Translations under genes and position numbers: made by a program | The notes under the pieces: generated by a model | Seen by the model: only the letters and a program-made list of their open reading frames with translations | The model's database searches: none | What the model was told of the DNA's origin: nothing | Assembly (NCBI RefSeq): GCF_049243625.1 | Contig: NZ_CP046975.1 | DNA from: Corynebacterium amycolatum | GTDB lineage: Bacteria; Actinomycetota; Actinomycetes; Mycobacteriales; Mycobacteriaceae | Strand: one strand, 5' to 3' | Length of the DNA: 32,000 nt | Shown: positions 7,665-14,903 of the stretch, one piece after another | How positions within the stretch are numbered: position 1 is the first letter of the stretch | Layout of the letters: each line of letters starts with the position of its first letter

Positions 7665-8192
7665 ATGGCTGACAACACAAAGAACACTGCTAAGAGCACC
7701 CAGGCGACTCAGGCTGGCTCGGACTCCGCGAATAAGGGAACCGGCCACGGCCACACTTCTATCGACGACAGTGTCGTCTCCAAGATTGCAGGCATCGCTA
7801 CCCGCGAGGTCTCCGGTGTCTATGACCTTGGTGGTGGCATGGATCGCTTCGCTGGTTCCGTCCGTGAGTTTGTCTCCGGCGGCAGCGCCAACGTGTCCCA
7901 GGGAATTGCCGTTGAGGTCGGCGAGCGCCAGGCTGCAGTGGACGTCACCATCATTGCTGAGTACGGCGTTGCCATCCATGAGCTGGCAGAGGCTATCCGT
8001 CAGAACGTCATTAGCTCCGTTGAGCGTATGACTGGCCTCGAGGTCACTGAAGTCAATGTTGATGTTTCCGATGTTCACACCGACTACCAGACCCCGCAGG
8101 AGCGCGAAGAAGAGGCCGCTAAGCAGCGCGAAGAGCAGCGCAAGGCCATCGCGGCTGCTAACGAGCCCAAGGAGCAGCCACGCGTTCAGTAG
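7665..8192 (+). CDS. Asp23/Gls24-family envelope (alkaline shock) stress protein
   Basis: Typical Asp23 core: TSIDDSVVSKIAGIATREVSGVYDLGGG ... GIAVEVGERQAAVDVTIIAEYGVAIHELAEAIRQNVISSVERMTGLEVTEVNVDVSDV. Acidic/Lys-rich C-terminal tail. AGGAA RBS before the ATG. Confidence 0.92.
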   Translation: MADNTKNTAKSTQATQAGSDSANKGTGHGHTSIDDSVVSKIAGIATREVSGVYDLGGGMDRFAGSVREFVSGGSANVSQGIAVEVGERQAAVDVTIIAEYGVAIHELAEAIRQNVISSVERMTGLEVTEVNVDVSDVHTDYQTPQEREEEAAKQREEQRKAIAAANEPKEQPRVQ

Positions 8193-8257
8193 TTAACAAC
8201 TATTGCGCGTCGAGGCCGGGCAAGATGGGCAGTTAAGCCCGTATAAAGGGGAATTTC

Positions 8258-8455
8258 ATGTTCGATAATTACACAAAGACCTTCGCGACGATTGCCGTTG
8301 TCCTGTGCTTCGCCGCAATGATTGGTGGTTTCACGGGTTTTCTTGCGGTTATTGCCTTCGGAGGTCTGGCCGGTGCAGCCGGTGCGGTACTCGATGGCAA
8401 AATCGATGCGCCCGAACTCAACCGTAAGTTCAACCGAGGAGGCCGCCGACGGTGA
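8258..8455 (+). CDS. Small two-TM membrane protein (DUF2273-like) of the Asp23 operon
   Basis: 65 aa with two hydrophobic segments (FATIAVVLCFAAMIGGF, FLAVIAFGGLAGAAGAV) and a basic tail GGRRR. AAAGGGGA RBS. Its stop overlaps the next GTG start (GTGA). Position matches the small membrane partner seen in actinobacterial Asp23 clusters. Confidence 0.75.
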   Translation: MFDNYTKTFATIAVVLCFAAMIGGFTGFLAVIAFGGLAGAAGAVLDGKIDAPELNRKFNRGGRRR

Positions 8456-9540
8456 CTATCCACGTTCCAGCAACGCGTGGCACCACCGTCGTAAGCGAGA
8501 AGGCAATCCGTCGCATCGTAGAGATGGCCGTGCGCGCGGTTCCCGGCACCCTCGACCAATCCCGTGTGCTAGGGCGCGACTATCCAATTGTCTCTATCGA
8601 TAGTGAGATTGCCCCTAGTTCTGCCACGACCAATGCCGTTAGTGCAGTTCGAGTCGCAGTTCGCGCCGTTGCATCATGGCCGGCGCCGACAGCGGAAATT
8701 GCGGTGCGCATTCGTTCAAGCGTCGCCGCCTGGCTCGCTGATATGGCCGGCCTTGAAAATGTCACCGTCGATGTTGACATCGACAGCGTCGAACCCGGGC
8801 ACGTGCGTGTCACCCGACAGGACTTAGCGTACTTTTCAGATCACCCGCAGTTGACACCTGTCCGGGTGAACCAGCAGGTAGTGACCGCACCGCAGGTGCG
8901 GCGGGTCCCAGAAGTGCGGTCCATCGCCGTGCCGACGCCGCAGCCAGTGCGCAGTATTTCAGTACCGCAGCCACAGTCAGTGCGTAGCATTCAGCCGGTG
9001 ACACCGCAGCCGGTACGCAGCATTACTCCGCCGCGTCCGGAACGAGTACGCAGTGTCCCAGCACCTACTCCACAACCGGTGCGCTTCATCACGCCGCCGA
9101 AGCCGCAACCAGCTGTGGCTATTAAGGCGCCGAAGCCGCAACCGGCCCGTCGCGTTGTTGCGCCACGGCCGTTACCGGTGGCTCGCACCTCGGCACCGAA
9201 GCCGGTACAGGTGCGTCGCACACCAACTCCACGGCCAATACAGCTGCGAAAGGTCACAGCACCAAAGCCGACGTCCTTGGTGCAGGTGAGTGTCCCCCGG
9301 CAACCAAAGCTGCGTCCGGTACGAGTGCCGTCGCCACGCACAATTAGTGTTAAGGTGCCACGACCAGCGCTACTGCGGCCGGTTAAAGTGCCGCGTCCAA
9401 CCCGGTTGAAACAAGTTCGCGCACCGCGACAGGAGCAGCTGCGCCCGGTATCCGTGCCACAACCACGTACCGTGGTGGTAAGCACGCCAGAGCCGCGCCC
9501 ACTGAAAAAGATTGAGGTGACACCCTATGACGCCGACTGA
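8452..9540 (+). CDS. Asp23-domain protein fused to a long periodic Pro/Arg/Val-rich tail
   Basis: N-terminal ~115 aa are Asp23-like (TTVVSEKAIRRIVEMAVRAVPGT ... VAAWLADMAGLENVTVDVDIDSV). The remainder is ~19 degenerate 10-12-aa repeats. GTG start overlaps the preceding stop. Confidence 0.85.
   Translation: MTIHVPATRGTTVVSEKAIRRIVEMAVRAVPGTLDQSRVLGRDYPIVSIDSEIAPSSATTNAVSAVRVAVRAVASWPAPTAEIAVRIRSSVAAWLADMAGLENVTVDVDIDSVEPGHVRVTRQDLAYFSDHPQLTPVRVNQQVVTAPQVRRVPEVRSIAVPTPQPVRSISVPQPQSVRSIQPVTPQPVRSITPPRPERVRSVPAPTPQPVRFITPPKPQPAVAIKAPKPQPARRVVAPRPLPVARTSAPKPVQVRRTPTPRPIQLRKVTAPKPTSLVQVSVPRQPKLRPVRVPSPRTISVKVPRPALLRPVKVPRPTRLKQVRAPRQEQLRPVSVPQPRTVVVSTPEPRPLKKIEVTPYDAD
8845..9519 (+). repeat. Degenerate in-frame tandem repeats (about 19 units of 10-12 aa, P-x-P-x-P-V-R-x-[IV]-x type)
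   Basis: Example units: VPTPQPVRSIS / VPQPQSVRSIQP / VTPQPVRSIT / PPRPERVRSVPA / PTPQPVRFIT / PPKPQPAVAIKA / PKPQPARRVVA / ... / PRPALLRPVKV / PRPTRLKQVRA / PRQEQLRPVSV. Confidence 0.85.
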
Positions 9541-9982
9541 GAGGTCATCGGCCGCGGTGGTCTCGGACGAGTCAGTCGAAACTCGCCATGGACGTGACCC
9601 GCGTCAATCACCAAAGGTCCGCGGGCTGGGAGTTTTCGCCGGTCTGTTGATGATCGCAGTGGCCGTAGTTGCAGGTAGAGAAGCAATCATCAGTGCCAAT
9701 AGCTCAGGTGACACCTCATGGTTACAACCGGTATTCGACTGGTTCAGCAACCCACAGGGCTCAGCCGCGTCATGGGTGTTGCTCCTCGTCGGAATCCTCG
9801 CTGCAATCTATGGGCTGGGACAGCTCATCGCGGTGTTTCTTCCCGTCCCGCGCCGGTATGTACGCGTCGATGACGATGGCAACCTGCCAGTGTGGATGCA
9901 TGAGTCTGACTACCAAGAAATCCAGAATGGCACGGCACTTGCTTCCGGAACTCACGGTGGATACGAAGGTGATGACAAGTGA
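9527..9982 (+). CDS. Two-TM membrane protein of the Asp23 operon (DUF6286-like)
   Basis: TM segments GLGVFAGLLMIAVAVVAG and WVLLLVGILAAIYGLGQLIAVFL. The ATG overlaps the previous gene by 14 nt and its stop overlaps the next GTG (GTGA). Family name is inferred from operon position only. Confidence 0.7.
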   Translation: MTPTERSSAAVVSDESVETRHGRDPRQSPKVRGLGVFAGLLMIAVAVVAGREAIISANSSGDTSWLQPVFDWFSNPQGSAASWVLLLVGILAAIYGLGQLIAVFLPVPRRYVRVDDDGNLPVWMHESDYQEIQNGTALASGTHGGYEGDDK

Positions 9983-10530
9983 AAACATCAGTAAGCGTAT
10001 TCGACCGAATTGTGTTGTTCCTCTTCTCAGCGCTGTTACTACTGGTAGCAACATGGGCGATTGCTAGCTACTTCGATGTCGCTCCTGCACAGTGGCTTCA
10101 TGACACCGGGCGGATGGAATCCTGGGGAAAAATACCTGAGCAAAGCTGGTATGTTCCCGTCCTCGGTGTAATTACAGCGATTCTAGCGGTGGTCGGCTGC
10201 AGCTTGGTGGTCGCTAATCTGCGATCACACCGGTTCAGCACGGTTTCCGCATCCGAATCACAGGAAAAGTTAGGAGAGATTTCGCTGCCGGTCGCCGATG
10301 TTGCCGATGCGGTGTGCACCGATCTAGAGCGCAACGCCCACATCAACCAGGCGGATTCACGGGTCTACCGGGATAATGGAATCCCGACGTTAGAAGTGAC
10401 TGTGGCGATGCCGCCGCAGGCGAGCCTCCCCGCCGTTGTAGCTGCCCTGAAAAACGCGGAGCGTGAAATGCGTGATGCCCTCGGCCATGCGGATATCGCC
10501 TCGACCTACAAAATCGAACTGGACCGTTAG
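9979..10530 (+). CDS. AmaP-like alkaline-shock-response membrane anchor protein
   Basis: Two N-terminal TMs (IVLFLFSALLLLVATWAIASYF, VPVLGVITAILAVVGCSLVVANL) followed by an Asp23-like soluble domain (ISLPVADVADAVCTDLERN ... IPTLEVTVAMPP). Last gene of the coupled operon. Confidence 0.72.
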   Translation: MKTSVSVFDRIVLFLFSALLLLVATWAIASYFDVAPAQWLHDTGRMESWGKIPEQSWYVPVLGVITAILAVVGCSLVVANLRSHRFSTVSASESQEKLGEISLPVADVADAVCTDLERNAHINQADSRVYRDNGIPTLEVTVAMPPQASLPAVVAALKNAEREMRDALGHADIASTYKIELDR

Positions 10531-10589
10531 TTAGCCTCGCGGGAGAGACAACCTACAACGGCTAGCTACGTCCTCTGGCTGGAACGGGC

Positions 10590-11168
10590 CTAAACAGCTG
10601 TAGAGTCGCCGTTGACACTGTCGCCGTCGCCAAGTGCGGCAACCAAATCGCGGCGCGCACGGGCGACGCGTGAGCGAATAGTGCCCACGCGACAACCTGC
10701 GATTTCCGCGGCCTCCGCGTAGGAGTAACCCAGCACCTGCGTCAGAATGAGCGCCTCGCGGCGTTCTTCCGGCAGCTGCTCCAGCAGCACGCGGGCGTCG
10801 GCGAGCTCTGACCACGACTCGCCAGTCGTAAACTGCTCGGCAGCGTTTTCCACTTCCACCGCAGACTTCTTCGGGCGCGCCGAATCATGGCGGACCGAAT
10901 CCACCCACACGCGCCGGGCCAGCGACAACAGCCAGGTGCGGGCAGAAGAACGCGCCGCAAAACGGGGAAGTGCCCCCATGACACGCAGATACGTCTCCTG
11001 CGTTAAATCATCCGCAGCATCAACGCCGCCCAGATGTGCGACCAAACGCCACACGTCCTTCTGCGTCAGCCGCACGAACTCCGTCAGCGCAGCCTGATCA
11101 CCGCGACCGGCTTTCAGCGCCAGCTGCGTGATGTATTCGTCATTAGAGACGAGGCGTGCAGGAGTCAT
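10590..11168 (-). CDS. ECF-type sigma-70 family RNA polymerase sigma factor
   Basis: Region 2 (DLTQETYLRVMGALPRF, ARTWLLSLARRVWVDSVR) and region 4 HTH (LPEERREALILTQVLGYSYAEAAEIAGCRVGTIRSRVARARRDL). No adjacent anti-sigma gene. Lying near katA recalls sigC (cg0309)/katA (cg0310) of C. glutamicum, but orthology is unverified. Confidence 0.92.
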   Translation of the reverse strand: MTPARLVSNDEYITQLALKAGRGDQAALTEFVRLTQKDVWRLVAHLGGVDAADDLTQETYLRVMGALPRFAARSSARTWLLSLARRVWVDSVRHDSARPKKSAVEVENAAEQFTTGESWSELADARVLLEQLPEERREALILTQVLGYSYAEAAEIAGCRVGTIRSRVARARRDLVAALGDGDSVNGDSTAV

Positions 11169-11174
11169 GGCAAT

Positions 11175-11180
11175 AGCTTA
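11175..11180 (-). promoter_or_regulatory. Candidate -10 hexamer (TAAGCT) giving a leaderless sigma-factor mRNA
   Basis: The minus strand reads TAAGCT-attgcc-ATG. The hexamer fits the actinobacterial TAnnnT -10, sits 6 nt before the ATG, and no Shine-Dalgarno is present. Confidence 0.3.
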
Positions 11181-11202
11181 GCAACTTAAAACCTAAAGAT
11201 AA

Positions 11203-11261
11203 TTCGCCTGGCTGCACGTGGTCTCACCTGCAAAAAGCAGGCGGCGACGCAGCCAGGCGAA
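11203..11261 (-). terminator. Long hairpin terminator after the ABC operon
   Basis: Perfect 13-bp outer stem ttcgcctggctgc (11203..11215) / gcagccaggcgaa (11249..11261), with an inner cctgc-aaaaa-gcagg hairpin. On the minus strand it is followed by TTATCTTTAGGTTTTAAG. Confidence 0.7.
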
Positions 11262-11276
11262 CTAGGGGCTGAAGTG

Positions 11277-12707
11277 TTAGAAGCGGATGGCGTCGATGGG
11301 CTTGACGCGGACTGCGATGGTGGCCGGGATAATACCCGCCAGCGCGCCCACGAATGTCGCGACCAACACGCCGATTACAGCGGCCGTGACGGGGTAGGCC
11401 ACGGCACCGGTCTCCAGCGGCAACGCCAACATCTTATCCAGCGGCAGCTGCTTGACCGTGATGATCGAGGCAATCACGCCAACCACGCCCGCCACCGTCG
11501 TGGCGACAATCGACTCCAAGAACACAGAGATAAAAATCCGGCCTGCCGACGCGCCCATTGCGCGACGAATACCAATCTCACGGACACGGTGGCCGATGGT
11601 GACAATCGAGACCGTGAGCAGGCCCAACGCGCCAAGCGCGATCACAATGCCACCGATAATGCCCAGCGCCGTAGTGATGGTGTTATTCATCTCCTGGGAA
11701 ATCTCCGTGTCCTTCTCCGACAGGGAGGTATTCACCTTCCAGCTGGGGCCGAGCTCCGCCTGGAAAATATTGTGCAGCGCCTTCTGGTTCTCCTTCGCGG
11801 ACTCCTCAGGCGTTGCGACGAGCAGTTGCGGCTCACCCACCGGACCCTCGTAGCCGGCATTGAGGAAGGAATCGTAGTGCGTGACAACGCTCGGGGCGTC
11901 CCACGATCCGAGGGACTTATACACTCCCACCACGGTGAAAGTGGTGTTGCCGGTTTCCTTCAAGGTGAAGGTTGGGTGGTCGGCTAGCGCTGGGTTTCCC
12001 AGGCTCTCGTAGAACTGGTCGTTGACCACCACGGGGTTCATCAAGCGCTGGCCATCGGCATCTTCCAAGCGGCGTCCCTGCACGATGGTGCGGGCGTAGA
12101 TGTCGAACCAGCCCGGGTCAGCGGCGATCAGCTCCGGAGTACCTGGCGAAAAGCACTCGTAATCATCCGGTGCGCAGTCATCCATATTGTGCTCAGGTGT
12201 GGCTGGCTGCATGCGAACCCGCGACCACAAGTTGGCATGGGTGGTCTCTACCAGGCGATGCGTGGCAGCGGAAAAAGCGTCGTTGATGGACCCGTCCGGA
12301 TTGATGACGCTCAAATCGTCCGGTCCGTTTCCGCCGACGCCCGCGCCGCCGAAGCTGCCGAAGCTATCGGCCATTGTGCCGGCGCTGCTGTCACCGAAGC
12401 CGCCATCGCCGAAGTCTCCACTATCCTCAGAACCGGAACTACCCGCTCCGGCAGTCAACGTGACCGTGCCGGCGACACCCGTGCTCTGCGCGGTTACCGC
12501 ATCCTGAGAGCTGGTGAGAATATTGCCAAGCGCAATGACTGTGGTCATCGCCCACACTGCGGCGGCCACACTGACCAGCGACAGCATGATGCGGCCACGG
12601 TTAATGCGCAGCTCATGCCACGCTTCCAGCAGAGCGCCGAGATAAGGCGTTGCTGCATAGAGGAAGGAAGGCCGTGACTTCGATTCTGTTTCTTTATTCG
12701 TCGTCAT
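11277..12707 (-). CDS. MacB-type ABC transporter permease (FtsX family)
   Basis: Start moved to ATG 12707 (14-nt overlap with the ATPase stop); the tracked ORF start 12791 lies inside the ATPase gene. N-terminal TM (IMLSLVSVAAAVWAMTTVIALG), a large extracytoplasmic domain, and a C-terminal FtsX bundle (ALGIIGGIVIALGALGLLTVSIVTIGHRVREIGIRRAMGA...). Confidence 0.88.
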   Translation of the reverse strand: MTTNKETESKSRPSFLYAATPYLGALLEAWHELRINRGRIMLSLVSVAAAVWAMTTVIALGNILTSSQDAVTAQSTGVAGTVTLTAGAGSSGSEDSGDFGDGGFGDSSAGTMADSFGSFGGAGVGGNGPDDLSVINPDGSINDAFSAATHRLVETTHANLWSRVRMQPATPEHNMDDCAPDDYECFSPGTPELIAADPGWFDIYARTIVQGRRLEDADGQRLMNPVVVNDQFYESLGNPALADHPTFTLKETGNTTFTVVGVYKSLGSWDAPSVVTHYDSFLNAGYEGPVGEPQLLVATPEESAKENQKALHNIFQAELGPSWKVNTSLSEKDTEISQEMNNTITTALGIIGGIVIALGALGLLTVSIVTIGHRVREIGIRRAMGASAGRIFISVFLESIVATTVAGVVGVIASIITVKQLPLDKMLALPLETGAVAYPVTAAVIGVLVATFVGALAGIIPATIAVRVKPIDAIRF

Positions 12708-13431
12708 CAGCAACCTCCTCGAAGCCGTGCATAGCGTTGGCGGCAGATAGCAGGACGGAGTCGGCGTGCAACTGACCGTCGCGAAGCTCAAGTGCCCGAT
12801 CGCCGCGCTCGGCGACCTCTAAATCGTGCGTAATCACAATCAGCGCAGCATTGTTTTCCGTGGCGACTTCTTCGAGCAGATCCATGACGATCTTGCCGGT
12901 GTCGACATCGAGCGCACCAGTGGGCTCATCGGCAAGAATGAGCTGCGGTTGGCGCACGAGCGCACGGGCAATTGCCACACGCTGCTGTTCACCACCGGAA
13001 AGCTGCGAAGGCGTGGCCTCTAGGCGGTCTCCCAGACCGACGCGCTCCAGCATCGCGGCGGCGAGCTCGGTGCGATTCCAGAACTTCTCGCCTCGGTCGT
13101 ACATCAGCGGAACCTCAACGTTTTCCAGAGTGGTGCGGGAGGGGAAGAGGTTGAACTGCTGGAAGACAAATCCTAAATTATCGCCCCGGAGCGCAGCGCG
13201 TTTCCTATCCGACAAGGTGGAAATATCAGTGCCGTCGAACGTGTACGTGCCAGAATCCGGCAAATCGAGCATGCCAATGATGTTCAGCAGCGTTGACTTA
13301 CCCGAACCGGACTGGCCGACAATGCTGAGGTGCTCACCGCGTGGCACTTCGAGGTCGATGCCTTTCAAAATAGGCAGCTCCTCGCCGTTGGGGAGCGTCA
13401 CTGTTCGAGTGACTGCGGTCAAACTAAGCAT
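12694..13431 (-). CDS. ABC transporter ATP-binding protein (MacB/LolD-like)
   Basis: Walker A GQSGSGKST, Q-loop, signature LSGGEQQRVAIARAL, Walker B LILADEPTGALD, H-loop ITHD. Confidence 0.95.
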   Translation of the reverse strand: MLSLTAVTRTVTLPNGEELPILKGIDLEVPRGEHLSIVGQSGSGKSTLLNIIGMLDLPDSGTYTFDGTDISTLSDRKRAALRGDNLGFVFQQFNLFPSRTTLENVEVPLMYDRGEKFWNRTELAAAMLERVGLGDRLEATPSQLSGGEQQRVAIARALVRQPQLILADEPTGALDVDTGKIVMDLLEEVATENNAALIVITHDLEVAERGDRALELRDGQLHADSVLLSAANAMHGFEEVADDDE

Positions 13432-13440
13432 GGCGCGGGC

Positions 13441-14544
13441 CTACTTTTCAGAGCCAGCGTCATCGCCGGACTCGTCGAAGCCAGTGTCACTGCCTTCACC
13501 AGTGCCGGTGCCAGTGCCGCTGCCGTCGCCAGCGAACTCGTTCCTGTAGGAAGGCACATACTCCAAAACCTGCTGGCCTTCCTTCAGGCCACGCTTGATT
13601 TCAATGAAAGTGCCATCGTTGGCGCCCAGCTCGACCTTGATCTTGGTGGGCTTGCCGCCATCCTTAGCTGGAGCGTAGACAACACCTTCGCGGAAGCGTC
13701 CCTCCACGGCGGTCACTGGCAGTGCTGGAACCTCCGAGGTCGTGCCGCTGCCAAGAATCAGCGTTGCGGGAACACCTTCGTAGACGGTCTGATCTGCGGG
13801 AATATCGCAGCGCAGCTGTGGGCCGCCCGAGGAACTCCCCGCAGCGGCGGCACCCATGCCAGCACCCTCTCCGGCGCCGGTGTTCTGCGAGCCCGTGCCA
13901 CTTCCCGTGACAGTCTTCACCGAATCACACAAAAATGGTGCCGGGCCATCGGTGATAGCGAGGCGGCCATTGTTAATCGAGTCTCCCAGCGTGTACAGCT
14001 GGCTCGGCTTAATAGGTGCTACGGCGTGGAAGCTATTCGGCGAAATGGTGCCAATTTCCTGGCCAATCTCGACCGTCTGGCCAATGACGATATCCCACTG
14101 CACAGTGCCAGAAGCCTTAGCGGTGATGTTTCCCCAGGTCACGGTAGTTTCGGGCGCGGCAGCTGCGGCGCTTTCATCATCGGAATCCGCGCTGCCGGAG
14201 GTGCTGGCATTCTCGGACACCGAGGTTTTCTTCACCTGAAGCAGGTTTTGGCCCTCTACGGCGTTGCCACCGCTGTTGACAAAGGCGTCAGTGATTTCAC
14301 CAGACGCGTTGGCACGGATCACGGTGGGCTCATCCGGGACGATGGTGGCAGACAGTTTCTGCGTGTTATTGATCCGCTGAGGGGATAGCTCCGTGGTGGG
14401 TTGGGAGAAATCACCGGTTGCTTGCGCATAGCCCTCGTCGTTAGCGGGGAAGAATGCGATCTTGAGAAGCGCAATGGTCGCCAGCAACGCCAGCGTGTAC
14501 TTGAAGACTGTGAGCGCTTTTGCGCCCCTCCCTTGTTTTTTCAT
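13441..14544 (-). CDS. Membrane-fusion/periplasmic adaptor protein (HlyD/MacA-like) of the ABC exporter
   Basis: N-terminal TM anchor (ALTVFKYTLALLATIALLKIAFF). Lipoyl-like half motifs (VIRANASGEITDAFVNSGGNAVEGQNLLQV; ITAKASGTVQWDIVIGQTVEIGQEIGTISP). C-terminal beta-barrel ending GTFIEIKRGLKEGQQVL. Low-complexity S/G/A inserts and an acidic GT-rich tail. First gene of the three-gene operon, 9-nt gap to the ATPase. Confidence 0.7.
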   Translation of the reverse strand: MKKQGRGAKALTVFKYTLALLATIALLKIAFFPANDEGYAQATGDFSQPTTELSPQRINNTQKLSATIVPDEPTVIRANASGEITDAFVNSGGNAVEGQNLLQVKKTSVSENASTSGSADSDDESAAAAAPETTVTWGNITAKASGTVQWDIVIGQTVEIGQEIGTISPNSFHAVAPIKPSQLYTLGDSINNGRLAITDGPAPFLCDSVKTVTGSGTGSQNTGAGEGAGMGAAAAGSSSGGPQLRCDIPADQTVYEGVPATLILGSGTTSEVPALPVTAVEGRFREGVVYAPAKDGGKPTKIKVELGANDGTFIEIKRGLKEGQQVLEYVPSYRNEFAGDGSGTGTGTGEGSDTGFDESGDDAGSEK

Positions 14545-14815
14545 GTCTGCAGAAGTATCCGATCAGAATCCAAATTGACAGCGTGGTACGCGACAAATCC
14601 TACCCGTAACCCGCGCGGGCAGCGGTAGTGCTGGCTATACCTTTTATTCAGTGCTGATAGGTATTGCATGAAAGCGCAGTAAGTGCTTTTCGACGGTCAT
14701 TGTGTGCGGTTTTCTTCGAGAAAAATCTGCCTTTTTTGGGTCGAGTGTTCGTCGCCGATATAGCGAACCTAATCGGACTAATAATTAAGTCCATATATCA
14801 ATCCCGGAGGACTGA

Positions 14816-14844
14816 TAGGCAAAATATGAAACTTCGTGTAGGGT
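14816..14844 (+). promoter_or_regulatory. Candidate katA promoter (TAGGCA-17 nt-TAGGGT)
   Basis: -35-like TAGGCA (14816..14821) and -10-like TAGGGT (14839..14844, preceded by TG), with a 17-nt spacer, about 60 nt upstream of the katA ATG. The -35 overlaps one of two CTGATAGG motifs. Confidence 0.3.
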
Positions 14845-14903
14845 GGAAAACGTCAGGGCATGTTGCGACTGACATCTAGCCCTCGTCTTTAGGAGGAAAC
14901 CCC

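Noticed and set aside
8580-9485. ORFs on other frames or strands across the Pro-rich repeat region (8991..9485 minus, 9053..9289 plus, 8580..8813, 8588..8827)
   Set aside because: These are by-products of the GC-rich periodic repeat, giving Gly/Arg/Thr-rich translations. The plus frame continuous with the Asp23 domain is the coherent one.
10531-10815. 94-aa Arg-rich ORF overlapping the sigma-factor 3' end as a candidate anti-sigma
   Set aside because: It is in a different frame within the sigma gene, with an Arg/Gly/Pro-rich nonsense sequence and no TM or zinc-binding anti-sigma motif.
12851-14388. Plus-strand ORFs antisense to the ABC ATPase and adaptor (12851..13549, 13330..14388, 13856..14239)
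   Set aside because: Shadow ORFs. The minus-strand genes carry Walker/signature motifs and operon-style spacing.
14664-14879. 71-aa plus-strand ORF just upstream of katA
   Set aside because: TTG start inside the katA promoter/operator region, with A/T-rich atypical codon usage. It ends 25 nt before the katA RBS. Most likely regulatory DNA.
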